64,000 nt of DNA from Eledone cirrhosa (taxonomy: Eukaryota), in NCBI GenBank assembly GCA_964016885.1, contig OZ024740.1:253456001-253520000 (forward strand), read 5' to 3'. Positions 62,620 to 64,000 of this stretch are shown here, piece after piece. The position numbers and the translations under genes were made by a program. The notes under the pieces are model-generated. The model was not told the DNA's origin. It saw nothing but the letters and a program-made list of their open reading frames with translations, and made no database searches. Numbering within the stretch: the stretch's first letter is position 1; each line of letters starts with the position of its first letter.

Positions 62620-64000
62620 TATGACCATGCTGTAAAATGGAGGGGTAGAGAGGGCCCTGTGAGTCCAGTAAGACATCCATCCTCTCTAGTGCTGGTGGCA
62701 CAAATAAAAGCACCCAGTCCATGCTGTAAAGTGGCACTGGTGTTAGGAAGGGCATCCAACCAGTGTATCAATGCCAAAACAACTATAAGCACAGCAATAA
62801 GTATATAGGAACAACAACAAAATATGAACATGTCGCATCTCAGAGTTGCAACACTTAATGTTGGCACTCTCAGAGGTAGATCTGCTGAAATAGCGGAGAT
62901 GCTGGAGAGAAGGCATGTGGGTGTGTGCTGCGTGCAAGAGGTGAGATGGAGAGGTGCCTCTGCAAGACTAGTCGCAGGCAAACATCTTCACTATAAGCTT
63001 TTCTGGGTAGGTAAGGATGATGGGTTAGGGGGAGTAGGCATTTTCCTGGCTGAGAGATGGATTAATAAGACAAAAGAGGTAGTTCAAGTTAATAATCGAA
63101 TAATTAAGCTTAGATTAGTTGTAGGCAGGAGACTACTGACAATCATCTCTGCCTATGCTCTCCAAGCAGGCCTAGGCAAAGAAGAGAAAGACTGCTTTTA
63201 TGAGCAACTTTTACAAACAACCGCAATGAGAGAGGACGGCGACATTGTTATGCTAGCAGGGGACTTCAATGGTCATGTTGGACAGCTCCAGGATGGTTAC
63301 ACTGGAGTATATGGTAGGCACGGTTACGGCTCAAGAAATGAAGAAGGAGTGAGACTTCTTGAATTTTGTGATGCAAGTACACTATTTGCAACACTAACTT
63401 CCAGAAACCTGCCAACCACCTAATAACCTACAAATCAGGTGAGCACATAAGCCAGATTGACTTCTTACTAGTTAGGCAGCGGGACAGGCAGATGGTGTCA
63501 AATACCAAGGCATACCCTGGGGAAGAATGTACCCCACAGCATAGGTTAGTCGTTAGTGATATCTCAGTAAGCAAGAGATGGAATGAGTAATACAGGAAGG
63601 TGTGGAGAAGAAAGGTCTGGAAGCTAAAGGACCTTTCACTAAAATAGAAATTTAGGAAAGCCTTTCAAAATGTGTATGATGAAAAAGAAGACGATTTAGA
63701 GACATATGACATAGATAATAACTGGAATTTCTTACGTGAACAACTTACTGCAGGCTACTGATGAAACTTGTGGCAGAGCTCCAACCAGACAAGGAGTGAC
63801 CTGGTGGTGGAACAGCACAATAGATAAAGCCATTAGAGACAAAAGACTAGCATGGAAAGCTTGAAAAAGGGTGGGAGTAGAGAAGGATATACAGCCGCTA
63901 AGAGAGAAGCTAGGTGTACTTAGCATGCAGGGGGGCTGAGAGTAGGAGGTTTGCCAATGTTCTGCGACAGGAAGATCAGAGGCATGCAGTGTTCCACATT
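62620..64000 (+). mobile_element. 5' part of another RTE LINE (5' UTR + APE, degenerate), running off the window
   Basis: ORF 62824-63423 LRVATLNVGTL...CVQEVRWRG...AGDFNGHVG, then frameshift and stops. Confidence 0.9.

Noticed and set aside
61405-64000. Further upstream ASS1 exon (expected ...SMDENLMHIS)
   Set aside because: No matching peptide seen on the minus strand; presumably beyond the window.

Overview
AT-rich, repeat-dense animal genomic DNA. The (TA)n/(CAT)n microsatellites, RTE LINEs with (GAT)n tails and Deu/Nin-like tRNA SINEs suggest a mollusc, probably an octopod cephalopod (inference). The only host gene is the 3' half of argininosuccinate synthase (ASS1) on the minus strand. 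It has eight small coding exons from 61404 down to a stop at 6254, all splice phases are consistent, and one intron has a GC donor. Its introns hold nested mobile elements: one intact RTE LINE (1039-aa APE-RT ORF with a C4HC3 PHD-like finger inside the RT, plus a 3x~507-bp 5' array), many RTE fragments, a second RTE lineage, a CR1-like LINE, two Penelope-like (GIY-YIG) remnants, Chapaev3, mariner, Tigger/pogo, a 1.5-kb foldback element, Helitron-like elements and SINEs. The most unusual pattern is a set of long palindromes. Several unrelated ones, mostly next to (TA)n, carry a degenerate Penelope-type minimal hammerhead ribozyme in each arm, some with 80-130 nt inserted in stem II. Others are fold-back copies of flanking DNA at retro-insertion sites. 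There is a 200-N gap at 48884-49083. All calls are from reading the sequence by eye; no searches were run.
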